DNA of 64,000 bases from Octopus bimaculoides (Eukaryota). The position numbers and the translations under genes are program-made. Positions 1 through 11,614 of the stretch are shown piece after piece; the stretch's first letter is position 1; each line of letters begins with the position of its first letter. The DNA is taken from positions 9,010,585 through 9,074,584 of the forward strand of contig NC_069010.1 in assembly GCF_001194135.2 (NCBI RefSeq), given 5' to 3'. The notes below the pieces were generated by a model. It worked only from the letters and a program-made list of their open reading frames with translations. It ran no database searches and was not told the DNA's origin.

Positions 1-421
1 CCACATAAGGTTCTTACCACATTGTCTTAGAATGAAATTACTATATACAGGGGGACCCAAAAGTAGGTTCGCAGTTCTTCAACAATCTCTTTTGCATTCA
101 TATATTAACAGTTTAGATCTTAATTATAAAAAAATATGAAACCATTATTCTATGCCAATTTAGTTAATTGTAAGGTAGAAGGCATGTAAATAGCACCTTT
201 TGAGCGGGATCGTTACCAGCGTCGCCTTCCTGGCATCTGTGCCTGCGACACACGTGAAAGTGCATTGCATCCACAAGTCATCAAGCTAATCATTATCATG
301 CGAAATGAAGTTGATGTTTTTATTTATAATAGAAACAAATTAATTATTGCAATGAAAATATGAAATACAATTAACATCATTATCGTTTAACATTCGTTTT
401 TCAGGCTGTCATGGGTTAGAC

Positions 422-703
422 CAGAGGTTTTCAAACTTTTTGACTTGCGGACCCCTTTATATTTCAGGCTTTACCTTAGGGACCCCCTCGTAAACGCTTG
501 TGAAATTTATACATAAATATTTGCTTAAAATAACATATATTTTTACATTTGTTTATTTAACAGTATTTAACAAATAGGTTTATTGTCAATTAAAAGATTT
601 CGATTAAAAAACATGTATAAAATCAAATTGCCCATAAAAAGTATTTGCTGTCTTGTCCTGGCGGACCCCCTGTGGTCCGGGGACCACAGTTTGAAAACCC
701 CTG
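422..703. mobile_element. hAT-type MITE, copy 1
   Basis: TIRs CAGAGGTTTTCAAAC / GTTTGAAAACCCCTG; exact 8-bp TSD GGTTAGAC at 414-421 and 704-711; near-identical to 38606-38902. Confidence 0.9.
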
Positions 704-738
704 GGTTAGACTATTTCACATGATCTGAGATGAATTAC

Positions 739-1040
739 CTTCGGCAGCAGAAGGAAGGAAGACGAGAGAGATATTGAGGTTCGTGGAGCCGCAAAGCGTG
801 CAGCACCGTCGGCCTAGCGCACCGTATGCAGGCAGGCGCAGGCTGGGTGAAAACTGCGCGGTCGGCAGCAGCAGCAGGAACAAGTGCGGGCTTCTTCCTC
901 CTCCTTCTTCTTCTTCTTCGGCAGCAGCTGCACTGTTAGAGGGCTGACGAGTGCGAGGCGGCTTATGAAACCGGTTGCTGCTGCAGAGGCTGCGGTAATG
1001 ATCCTTGTTACGACTTTTTCACCATGGATAATGGACATTA
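739..1040. other. GC/CpG-rich unique segment, probable exon or first exon of an unidentified gene
   Basis: Sharp CpG-rich island in AT-rich context; minus-strand donor GAAG|GTAATT at 739/738; no recognisable protein. Confidence 0.35.
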
Positions 1041-1899
1041 AATGACGATGATGACAATTCTTTTTGTTAAACTTTTGCATTTTATCCTGAAGATCTACTT
1101 TAAATTTGATTTTATACATTCAATTTTCATTTCCAATGAAATCAATTTTAATATTTCAAATTCGAAAATATTCAACAAAATAAATTGAAAAAGTGAAGCA
1201 AGTACTACATTTATATTTGTAAAAACAACCGAGCATAATTGTACTAAAGTGAAACTAGGAAACAGAAAACTGTGTAAGCCCAGGGACAACTGTATTTTAT
1301 GAAAACATTGCATAAGGAATTAAACTGAAACAGATATCAACATGACACAAACAACCCATGCTAGTATGGAGAAAATGATTAGATATTTGTGTCGAGAGAA
1401 AATTCAATGACAATCGAATTTATCAGATTTTTGTAGATAAGCAACAACTCAAGAAAACCTTTCAAAATTCTATGTACTTACAATAAATTGATTGCAAGTA
1501 TTGTGGGAATGTAGACAACATAATTTCATGTTTTGTATGCATGTTTAAAATAAGTTTCATACCTATGTACATTTTTTCCATCGTAGCATGAGTGTAAAAA
1601 GTTTAACAGTGAGATAACCTTACTGTGGCTAATTCTGGGTTTTCTTACTAAAGGGATTCTTTTTTTTTTTTTTTTNNNNNNNNNNTTTTTTTTTTTTTCT
1701 TGTTTTTCTTTTGTTTTTTTCAGAGTGCAATTCTAACAAATTATTCATTTGTACACAAACATGACAAAAGTAAATAGGCATCCATTAATACATCGTTTTA
1801 TGGTTATTTTAATTTGAAGAGGTTTATATATTTTTTTTTTTATTGGTTGACATTTCTATGTTTCATGTTCTATATGTGACTGTTCAATCATGTCATGTA

Positions 1900-2200
1900 C
1901 AAAAGAAGCCTTGGAACTGTCCGAATTACAAACAAGCCATATGCTGGGTCAATTTCAAGGTTGGTTGGAAGAGAATGGCATTAAAAAGCTTCTGGGGCTA
2001 AGACAGTCACCAGATATGAACTATACTGAACTCCTGAGACATGATGGACAGGACACCTCCTAAAAAGAACAATAAAGCATCCTTAAAGCCAGATCTTTTG
2101 ATATTACTACATGAAACCTGGCAAGAAAATCTCTCAGAGGCACCCGCATATAGCTGTAAAAATCGATTTTCAACCATAACTTATAAGTTTTCCAGTGGAA
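1900..2200 (+). mobile_element. Degraded Tc1-like transposase C-terminal fragment
   Basis: Translates WLEENGIKKLLGLRQSPDMNYTE, resembling the Tc1 W.PQSPDLNPIE motif; frameshifted; ends approximate. Confidence 0.5.
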
Positions 2201-3419
2201 GAAAGCTTCGATTGTTTACAAAAAAAAAAAAGAGAAGTTAAGTCCCCCCCCCTCTAGCGACGCACACGTTTTTAAGACTTTTGTTGTTTTTTTTTTTTCC
2301 ATCGAGGAAAAAATGTTTTGTTGATATACGGGCGACACACATACGAACATGTATGCGTACCAAAAATATGTATGCAATTGGTGTATGTACATGCGTGTGT
2401 GTTCTCCAGAAAAATTTCGCTAAACGCCAGAACAGGACAAAATGAGAAATATACAGAATAAAGAATTATCTATGGACTGCTGCAGTTTCGAACATTAACG
2501 TTTTACTTTCGTTACATCCGTGTTCTCTTATATATATAGTAATTAATAAATAATTTGAATGTATAATTTCAGATTTAAATAAATTTTCGCAATTATAAGG
2601 ACGTCTATTTAATTCTGTCATGTCTATGAAGCAAAACACAGTAAAATTAATATTAAGAACATTTCAAAAACCTCTTTCAAGCTGAGCATTTTTAAATTTT
2701 TTTTTTTTTTTTTTATATCAAAAACCTTTCTTTAATTCTATCTCGGAGTGTCTCGAATGCATTTGTTGCCACACAAAAATGAATGATTTAACAAAAAAAC
2801 ACTCTACTCACTGGCGAAGCATCACACTGGTCTGCTGCCTTTACATTCTGAGTTCAAATTCTGCAGAGGTCGACTTCCCCTTCCTCGTCCACACTCCAAT
2901 CTGATTTGGCAGAGTTTCGACAGCTGGATGCCATTCCTAACGCCAACCACTCCGAGAGTGTAGTGGGTGCTTTTTACGTGCCACCGGCACATATACATAT
3001 AATCTCTTTCTCTCATATACACACACACCATCAACATTACTCTCTCTGTCTCTTCACACACACTCACAAAAGCAATTTATATACACACCACACATTCTGT
3101 CTTGCAAACCCCATCAAACACACAGCACGCACGCACATCAATTCTCCCGTCTCATGCAACTTCAATAGAACTTCACATGAGAAACACTGACAGTAAAAGA
3201 AAACTATTTCACTATCAAAACTGAAACAATCACATTTCGATAGTTTCAATTTAATGGTTTCTGGAGATGGGCCTTTGTGCCTGAAATAAAAACGGTTTCA
3301 TTAAACTGTCCACATTGTCCGAAACTTTCTATTCTCTCTTTTTCACTTTCTTTGAAAAGTGTGTGTGTGCACGCGTATGTATGTATGTATGTATGTATTA
3401 TTGGCCAGCTAAGCCATTG

Positions 3420-3960
3420 TCAGAGGCAGTCCAATGATGGCTTACCTAGCTGAAACTTTGAAGTCAATCACAATAATATTGTGTGGACTTGCTTTATTTG
3501 TCAAGCTACAATAAAAGCAGTTGAGCATTCAAAGTAGAAGCTCTCGTGTTGCACTGTCCGAAGCCATCTTTCTGCCAATTCTTGTCTTTCCGCTTGTTTG
3601 ATGAAGCCATGGATCAGAACAAGTACTAATTTGAGGGAGCTACATTTGGATTATATGTTAGGCATCAGTTTGATTCTCTCAAGATCCTAGAATTTATTCC
3701 ACATTATTCAAGCAATATGAAGTCTTGCATTGTCTTGCTGTAGAAGAGCTTGCTTTTTGTTTACTAAGACCAGGTATTTGTGTTGTAGAATGGCATCGAT
3801 AGTTCAACCATCAAGAATGAACTCAAATCAATTATCTCCTCATAGTTCCACCAAATGAAGACCATCACCTTCTGTTGGAAATCCCATATTTACCAACCAG
3901 TTCTGGAAGCTGGCCCCCTTGCTTAACCACTGCTTATTCCTTGGATTCTTAATTGTGACA
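3420..3960 (-). mobile_element. Degraded mariner transposase relic
   Basis: Minus-strand LLQQDNARLHIA (mariner HDNARPH motif) and IWWNYEEII-like segment; multiple stops; ends approximate. Confidence 0.6.
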
Positions 3961-4849
3961 TCATTAACTCTGATTGATAGGTACACACACACTCCAGACA
4001 TAAATCACATATATTCACTACACCAATGAAAACGACTCTTCTGGCCATTTCCCAGATATTCACGTTGTTTTTCAATTAACCATGCAGACATATGGCTTAA
4101 TGGTTAGGGTATTTGGCTTACAGTTGTAGGGACGTGAGTTCAATTCCTGGCAGTGCATTATGTCATTGAGCAAGATACTTTCTTTTGTGTTGCACCTGTA
4201 ATTCAAAGGGGCTAACTTTTTCACTTTCTGTCTCACACTGAATCTCCCTGAGAACTACATGAAGAGCATGTGCATTTGTGGAGTACTCAGCTACTTGCAT
4301 GTTAATTTCACAACCAACGGAGTGCCAATTTTGAATTAATCCTAGATTATCTCACAGTTTGGACGTTTTAATGATGTGATTGTCTGTTTTTAGAATGAAA
4401 TTGTAGGACAGGTGTGAGCAGATGGATCGTGCTGGTTTAAACCTAAAAGGTAGAATGTTTGAGTCAGATATGGCCAGTTGGGAAAAAAAACTTAAAGAAA
4501 AAAAAGAGACTTCTGTAAAAGAAAGATTCCTTTTTTTAAAAAGAAAACCATAAAAAATTATTTTGTAAAAAGGTTTTATGTCGGAAAAATTTAGCCGTTC
4601 TGGTGTAAAGTTCAAGATGATTCAGACCTTTTTAAAAGTGAAAGGCTTACACATGGATGCTTCTGAAAATTCAGTCAGCCAAACTTCTATAGACATAAGG
4701 ATACCCTAGATACACAGCGAGCTGGTAGAATTGTTAGCATGCTGGCTTTCATCCTTTCGGTTGAACTCTGAGGTCAATGTAATCAACTCAGCCTCAACCC
4801 CAAAATGTTTCAAGCCTTGGGCCTATTGAAGAAAGGATTGTTATCATTA

Positions 4850-5581
4850 TCAGAATGCATGAGCTTTAAGAATGTGTGTCTTAAGATGTGCCAAGTTGTC
4901 AGTAAACCGTCCACACTGGAGACAACAACATCGAATGTCCCCAACGTGTTTATTTATGTGCTGGTTGAATTGCAGATGTAGACGAAAAGTCATTTGACAG
5001 TATTTACACTTAAACGGCCTCACTGTATCATTGTGCATCAAAATGTGCTTCTCTAAACACTTTGCTGTTTTGAATTTCTTCTCACATTCACTGCATTTGT
5101 GTTTTCTTTCAGTCATGCCCAAGTGCTTTGCCACATGGGGTATCATTAAGGGCAGCTGTAATTTAGCACTACTGCAGAACTTACAAATCCAATACTTCAC
5201 TCCGTCTATATGTTTCGAAAACGTAGATTCCATTATTAGCTTATCACTGTTTTCTGTGTCATCACCATTATCATCACTGTTGGTTCCGTAACTCTGCGAT
5301 GATGTGGCTGAATTGCCCTCAGAAGTAGTACTCAATTTCTCAAGGCCCTTGTCTGTGGTGGTGGTGGTGGTATCTGAATCACATTTCTTGTTGCTCCTGT
5401 GAGCAATGTCTTTGTGAACAGAGAGAGTGCTGAACAGCTTGAAATGCTGGCCACAAACCTCACAATGGTACTGCCGAATATCTTTATGTACACGCTGGAC
5501 GTGTGACTGCATGAAGTGTTGTGTGAAAAACTTCTCTTTGCAACTGGTGCATTCATACTTCCTCTCCTTCACACTTGTCAT
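4850..5581 (-). CDS. C2H2 zinc-finger protein, 243 aa, six fingers (2 + 4) split by a Ser/Thr/Asp-rich spacer
   Basis: Fingers CTSC..HVQRVH, CEVC..HKDIAH, CKFC..HVAKH, CSEC..HILMH, CKYC..HINKH, CLQC..HILKAH; strong acceptor ttcttcttcattccacag| at 5584 two nt before the ATG. The true N-terminus could extend into an upstream exon. Confidence 0.9.
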   Translation of the reverse strand: MTSVKERKYECTSCKEKFFTQHFMQSHVQRVHKDIRQYHCEVCGQHFKLFSTLSVHKDIAHRSNKKCDSDTTTTTTDKGLEKLSTTSEGNSATSSQSYGTNSDDNGDDTENSDKLIMESTFSKHIDGVKYWICKFCSSAKLQLPLMIPHVAKHLGMTERKHKCSECEKKFKTAKCLEKHILMHNDTVRPFKCKYCQMTFRLHLQFNQHINKHVGDIRCCCLQCGRFTDNLAHLKTHILKAHAF

Positions 5582-5717
5582 ATCTGTGGAATGAAGAAGA
5601 AAAAAAAAAGAAACTGACTTTAACCATTAAGATGTACAAAGTGGAAGTTAACAAAAGTACTTGAAAATGAATGACAGGACATAATGCTTGAGTCAGTTGG
5701 TCCTTCTTAATAATTAC

Positions 5718-5779
5718 CTGTAACAACAACAAGTAAACGAGGTTGACCTTCACAGCAGCAGCAGCACAGAGCATTCTTA
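5718..5779 (-). other. Candidate 62-nt leader exon of the ZNF gene
   Basis: Acceptor ctttctccatcatcctgctttcag| (5780-81) and donor CAG|GTAATT (5716-17); 134-nt intron to the coding exon. Confidence 0.55.
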
Positions 5780-6159
5780 CTGAAAGCAGGATGATGGAGA
5801 AAGAGCCTGAAAATGGCCCTCCATGGTACATACCACTTGATTTTCTCATCAGGGCTCAACACATCTCATGATGTTAACACAAGATTGAAGAGGAGATTTA
5901 GAAACACATTCCACCCGTCTCAATGCAGCAAAGGCTTTTGTTGACCACTGCTATTCTGATGAAAACCAGGACATACTTGATGTTATCTTTTGCAGACTCC
6001 ACGTCTTAACAAAGGACAAAGACCACACAAACTACATTGGTATTATTGTTGGAGACACACATGGAACTGAGGACCAATTGCAGCTAACGAGACACATAGA
6101 TTCTTCATATGGCACGGGGAAACATCTTGAATGCAACCATTTTCAGCGAATACTAAGAA

Positions 6160-7900
6160 TCCAGCCTCTCAAAAATTATTACCATTATATTATTATTGTC
6201 TTGCTTCTCAGAGCTCTCGGTCTTACTTGCTCTGGTTAACTGTGAGAGTAGGCAGTAACCTGTCTCACAGGGTCTCTTCTCACAAATTATAAGACTTGGT
6301 TGTTGGATATCTCAACACCCAAGCATCAATCTCAAAATCCTAGCCATCCCCAGGAGATTTGTCAATAGCCTTTAACATGAGTATGAAAGGTTCCAGATTG
6401 CAAAGCAGTATATCAGAGGGAATAGAGTTGTTATGGGTAAGAAATGAGTGTAAATGGATATTGGTATGCTTGCACTTAGAAGAAAGAAGTATGACAGTGC
6501 CACTATGGAAAGTGTGAAGTATGGACCCAACCGAGAGACCAGAGTTGACAGCAATATGATAATGTAATTTAAAGATATGAGGACAGGAAAAGCCACTGGA
6601 CCATCAGGAATCACTGCTGAGACGATTAGAATATCTGGTAGAGTAATTTCCGGCCTAGTCACCTCTATAGCTTAATGACTGGTAGCAATAGTTACAGAGA
6701 TATTAAATTGCTGGAGAAATATCTAACTAAATGTAAACTATTGTACTTGGCTTTCTTCAACCTGGAGAAAGCTTCTGACAGAATCCCTTGCTCTGTAAGT
6801 GGCTTTTTAAATCTGTACAGGTTATACATAAGGTTGGTGTCATTGGGAAGAGATTCGGCCATGAGTATAGTGATGAATTTAGTGGTCAGGTAGGAATTCA
6901 CTTGGGCTCAGTTCTCAGACCCCACTTATTCATTATAATCATCCAAACCATAACAGAAGAATTTAAAACTGACTGTGCAGCAGAACTATTATATGGTGAT
7001 GACCATGCTCTTATAGTAGAATCTGTAACAGAATTGGATAAAAGATTCCAAGTAGGGAAGCAAAACCCGGAATCAAAGGGTCTTAAAGTTGACCTAGCAA
7101 AGACCAAAGTTGTAGTTAACAAGAAAGTAGATAAAACTTTCTTTCGCTAATGGGTTTGGAAGGAATTCTATTCACTGCATCCAGTGCAAGCTATGGACAT
7201 ATAAGAAGTGCAGTAGAATCACAGGTAATTAACAGAGAAAGCCATTTTAAAATGTGTAAAGTTGTGCAGGAACAATAAGAATTAAGGAGATTCCGTTGAG
7301 GTTGTAGATAGTTTCTGTTACCTAGGTGACCAATCATCAGTGGAAGAGGATGTGCTGAAAGTGTTGTCGCTTGAATAAGAATAGCATGGAGGAACTTAAG
7401 AGAGTTATTGCCTCCGTTGGAAACAAAAGTCCTCTCTCTCAGGATGAAAGGAAGATTGTATGATGCTTGTCCACAAAAAGCTCTGGCCCCGAATGCATAG
7501 AGAAGCAGGGAAAGAAATAAACCCATGCCTAACTTTGTTTCTGGTTAGAATCCAGCCTCTCTATTAGGTGAAATGTTTAGCAGTATTTCGTCTGCTGCTA
7601 CATTCTGATTTCAAATTCTGCCAAGGACAACTTTGCCTTTCATCCTTTTTGGGTCAATTAAATAAGTACCAGTAACTGACTTAATCCTTAACCCCAAATT
7701 TCAGGCCTTGTGCCTACAATAGAAAGGGTTGTTATTATTTTACTTCTCAGAGCTCTCAGTCTTACTTGCTCTGGTTGACTCTGTGAGAGAAGGCAGCCAC
7801 CTGTCCAACAGGGTCTCTTCCCACAAATCACAAGACTTGGTACTTGGATGTTAGATATTGTGGGAGATACGCAATACCCAAGCACTCAAAATCCCAGCTG
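6160..7900 (+). repeat. Pair of diverged direct repeats (~6160-6350 and ~7545-7900, the second interrupted by a SINE) flanking an RTE fragment
   Basis: Shared strings aatccagcctctc and cttctcagagctctc.gtcttacttgctctggtt.actgtgagag..ggcag...cctgtc..acagggtctcttc.cacaaat. Confidence 0.8.
6380..7500 (+). mobile_element. RTE-clade LINE reverse transcriptase fragment (decayed)
   Basis: GKATGPSGITAE, LYLAFFNLEKASDR, GIHLGSVLRPHLF, ELLYGDD (YADD), KGLKVDLAKTK; frameshifts. Confidence 0.85.
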
Positions 7901-9359
7901 TTTTACCAAGTTTGCATGGATCAGATGGAATTCACTGAGGCAGAGCTTCTCCAGCCAGATTGGAAACGACGGATACAAGCATTATGGCAGGCACACTGGT
8001 TTACATCCGTCACACCAATGTGTATCTATTGTTCTTTTACTAGTTTCAGTCATTGGACTGTGCCCATGCTGGGACACCACTTTCAAGGGTTCTTAGTTAA
8101 AGAAATTGACCTCTGTACTTTTATTTATCTATTTTTTTTTTTTAAGCCTGTCTTTTTTGCTAAACTACTAAGTTATGAGAACATACACAAACCAGCACTG
8201 GTTGTCAAGCAGTGGAGGAAGACAAATACATAAACATGTTACAGGCTTCTTTCAGTTTCCATATACTGGATCCACTCACAAGGTTTTGGTCAGCCTGAAG
8301 ATATTGTAGATGACACTTGTCTAAGGTGTCATGTAGTGGGGCTGAACCTAGAACCAAGTTTAAAATCACACAGCCACGCCTGCACCCATTATACGAATAT
8401 ATCAAAATCCTTGTCCTCATTTAACGTTTGCTTTTCCATGCTGGCATGGGTTGGACAGTTTGACAGAATAATGGCTGCATCAAGCTCCAGCATCAGCTTA
8501 GGTGCGGTTTCTATGGCTGGACACCCTTCTTAATGCCAACCACTTTACAGGGTGTGCAAAGGGTGCTTTTTACGTAGCTCTAGCACTGGCGAGGTTGCCA
8601 AGTAACTTGCAAGGAAAGAAAAGAACAAGAAGACAGAAGATGGAAAAAAAGAGTGAGGGAGAGAAGGATAGAGTCAAAGAGGGGAAGGGACATGGTGGGT
8701 GGGGTGAGTTGGAGGTAGAGTGGTAGTGAGAGGTATAGGAGTGGTTTGGGGATGAGAGCAAGAGAAGTGTTGAGAATGAAGTTATGGAAGAAGAGAGGGA
8801 TCAGTGGACGGAGACTTAGCAAGGAGGCAGTTGGTGGAAACAGTGTGAGCATGGAAGTGGTTTCAGAAAGGGAGCAAGGACAAAGGTAACCAGAAGGGAG
8901 GGGATGTGCTTACTCTGTTCTCAGGTGATTACAGCAATTTTTTTTTTTATATACCCAGGCCCCTTCCCCATCTTTTTTAGGAGGAGGTAGCCACAACAAG
9001 ACAAACACCAGGCGACTGACAAGTACCATAGATAAAGAAGGGATGTGATGTAGGGAAAATGCTTGATGGGGGGGGGGGCAGAGAGAGAGGAGGAGGGACA
9101 AAGCACCATACGTGCAAGCAGAACCAAAGTCGTTGATAAAATAAGTACCAGTTGCATACGGGGGTTGATGTAATTGACTTGCCCCCTCCCCTAGAATTTC
9201 TGGTCTTAGAGGGTCAAGGGCTGAGAGTTTCAGACATTTGACGCTTCACATCAGCAACAGCTGCATTTTAATGTTCCATGCGTCAGATGCCAGTTTCTAG
9301 AGGCAATTCTTTCTACGGCCACCGACTCTTATTTTTAGCTAAGCAAAATAATATCTCAG

Positions 9360-9600
9360 AAACTATATTTCCAGTGAGGGTGATGCAGAAGTTGAAGTCA
9401 AGACCAGTAATGGTAGGAAAGCAATGGCAATATTGAAAAGTTTTTGTCCAGTATGGAGTACAAAACCCTTCACTGAACTGTTGTTATACCAACAGCCATT
9501 TACGTGTAAGAAACCTGGAAGAAGACAGCGAAGGCCTCTCAATTGCTGGACAGAGTTGAGAAACATGGAGAAATGCTGTTGATGGACCATGTTCCTTAGG
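9360..9600 (+). mobile_element. Decayed non-LTR (RTE-like) ORF 3' fragment
   Basis: YISSEGDAEVEVK..KAMAIL and KPGRRQRRP resemble RTE C-terminal motifs. Confidence 0.45.
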
Positions 9601-9886
9601 CAGTGATCTAATCGACTGACCCTTCCCCCAAACTTTCGGGCCTTGTGCTTAGAGTAGAAAAGAATTATAAAGGAATGAAGTCGCTTGGGGCGCTAAACTG
9701 TAGTTATACCTTGTGTTGTTGTCGACACTTTGTTTTTTTTCCCCGTGACAACTCACGTAGAAAGGGTTTCTTCAAAACCGATAAATTAATTAAATGCTGG
9801 CCTTTAATTAGGGGACAGTTGGAGATAAAACAATAGCAATGAGAAAAAAGAAGGGAGAATTACCTACTTTCAGTAGAAAAGGTTAC

Positions 9887-9990
9887 CTGCATTCGAGAAG
9901 GATGTGGACGTCGGTATGACCCTGTCGCTTAAGACACCCAACAAAATACATAACAACCACGAAGTGTTCGAATACGAAACTGTATACTGA
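9887..9990 (-). other. Candidate first (non-coding) exon of the ZNF gene
   Basis: Begins after GC-box GGGGCGGG followed by TCAGT (Inr-like); ends at donor CAG|GTAACC (9885-86); second donor TAG|GTAATT at 9862-63. Confidence 0.5.
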
Positions 9991-10508
9991 CCCGCCCCTT
10001 TTTTTATCTAGTATTTCTAAATCATACTTTCGTACATTAATATCAACTCCTATGTGTGTATGTATGTATGTATGAATGAATGAGTGTGTGGATCTGTATG
10101 TACACGTTAGTTGGCTGCGCCTCGTGTTTCCGAGCTAGCAATCCAAGGGTTGCATGAAACATACGGGGACATTGTGGACATGGGATAGAAGGGGTTGGTT
10201 TGGGAAGGAGAAGGCAGTGCTTTCTCTCCTGTCTCTTGAGTTCAGCTCTTACGACTCGGGCTTTCTCAAAGATTTCTCCACAGGGGTCTGTTTGCTGAGA
10301 TATCTTCCCAGTGTGCAGGGTCGATGTTGGTGCTTTTCGGGGTTGATTTGAGTTGGTCCTTGTACCAACATACATACATAGGAGTTGATATTAATGTACG
10401 AAAGTATGATTTAGAAATACTAGATNNNNNNNNNNCAGTCCGCAGTTTCGTATGGTTGTTATGTATTTTGTTGGGTGTCTTAAGCGACAGGATCCAAATC
10501 CTTCTCGA
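9893..10508. promoter_or_regulatory. Inverted-repeat bidirectional promoter region between the ZNF gene (-) and FBXO8 (+)
   Basis: Perfect inverted matches 10006-10055/10376-10425 (50 nt) and 9921-9959/10453-10491 (39 nt) plus shorter blocks; lies between the two divergent genes; GC-box at 9991-9998. Confidence 0.65.
10110..10330 (-). mobile_element. RTE LINE 3' coding relic in the spacer of the inverted repeat
   Basis: KARVVRAELKRQERK...IPCPQCPRMFHATLGL matches the C-terminal zinc-finger-like tail of RTE ORFs. Confidence 0.65.
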
Positions 10509-11614
10509 GGATTAACGGATTTGGATGAAGAGAAGAGGAGAGAGAGAGAGAGATCCACCTCATGTTATTTAGCCTTCGGTTATTTCTTTAATATCTCTAT
10601 TATTCCATCGATCTCTTAATCTTGAAATTAATTCCACCAAATTACCCTCTCTTCTCCCTTTCTCTCTCTACTTTCTCTTCCTCCTCCTCCTTTTTCTCTC
10701 TCTATGTCTCTCTTTCTTACTTCTACTGCCTCTCACTACTCGCCTTATTTCCCTCTTACATCTCTTTTATGCTTTCTATTTTCCTTTCATCCCCTCAATC
10801 TATATTTTGTTCCTCTGCCTCAAACAAACAAGACAATGAAATGAAGCATTTGACAAAGAGGAGGAAGGGGAGGAACACGATGATGACGACGACTACGTTT
10901 CACTTCTCTTCCTTTTCCTCTGGCGCCTTGTTTTACTATTTCTACATTTGCTTCATCACCCTCTCTCTACATATCTTGTTCCTCTCTCTCCCTCCCCCCC
11001 TTGACTCATTCCCACCGCAGGATCAACGGATCGACGGAATAAGAGAATGAAGTCAATAACAAACGGCAGTGAAGAGCCAGAAGTGCAGAGGGGTTCGAAT
11101 TGAGGTGGGGACCAGGACATTATACCAAGGGCTGTCTCTCTCTCTCTCTCTCTCTCTCCTGCTGGTATTAATACATTTCTACGGAGATATTTCTACACAC
11201 ACACACACACCCCTTCGTATAAATATATACACTTCACAGCTCGTCCGGAACAGGAAGGCGACCAAAGACATCTTCTCAACGTATTTGTGTGTCTCTGAGA
11301 GAGAGAGAGATTCTGTGTATGTATAGTGTGTGTAAATAGAGATATATATTGTGTATAGTTGTTTCTTCATAGTTGTGTATATATAAAATCACCTTCAACA
11401 TACATAGACACACTTTATATATTAGATTATACTCTGTGCGTATATATTTGTGGTTATATGTGTGTACGTGTTTATATTGTGCAGTTACTTATTCGTAGAT
11501 GTATAAATATATACACACGTTCATGTATGATATATATGTGTGTGTGTGTGTGTATAATGAAGGGAAGCTTCTGCAAATGACGTGTGTGTTTATGATGTTT
11601 CCTCCCTTCAACAG

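Noticed and set aside
2245-2265. CTCF-like word CGCTAGAGGGG (minus strand)
   Set aside because: Single partial match beside a homopolymer; not supportable without ChIP or conservation data
5031-5556. ORFs overlapping the zinc-finger CDS (5031-5291 +, 5332-5556 -)
   Set aside because: Shadow frames of the real gene
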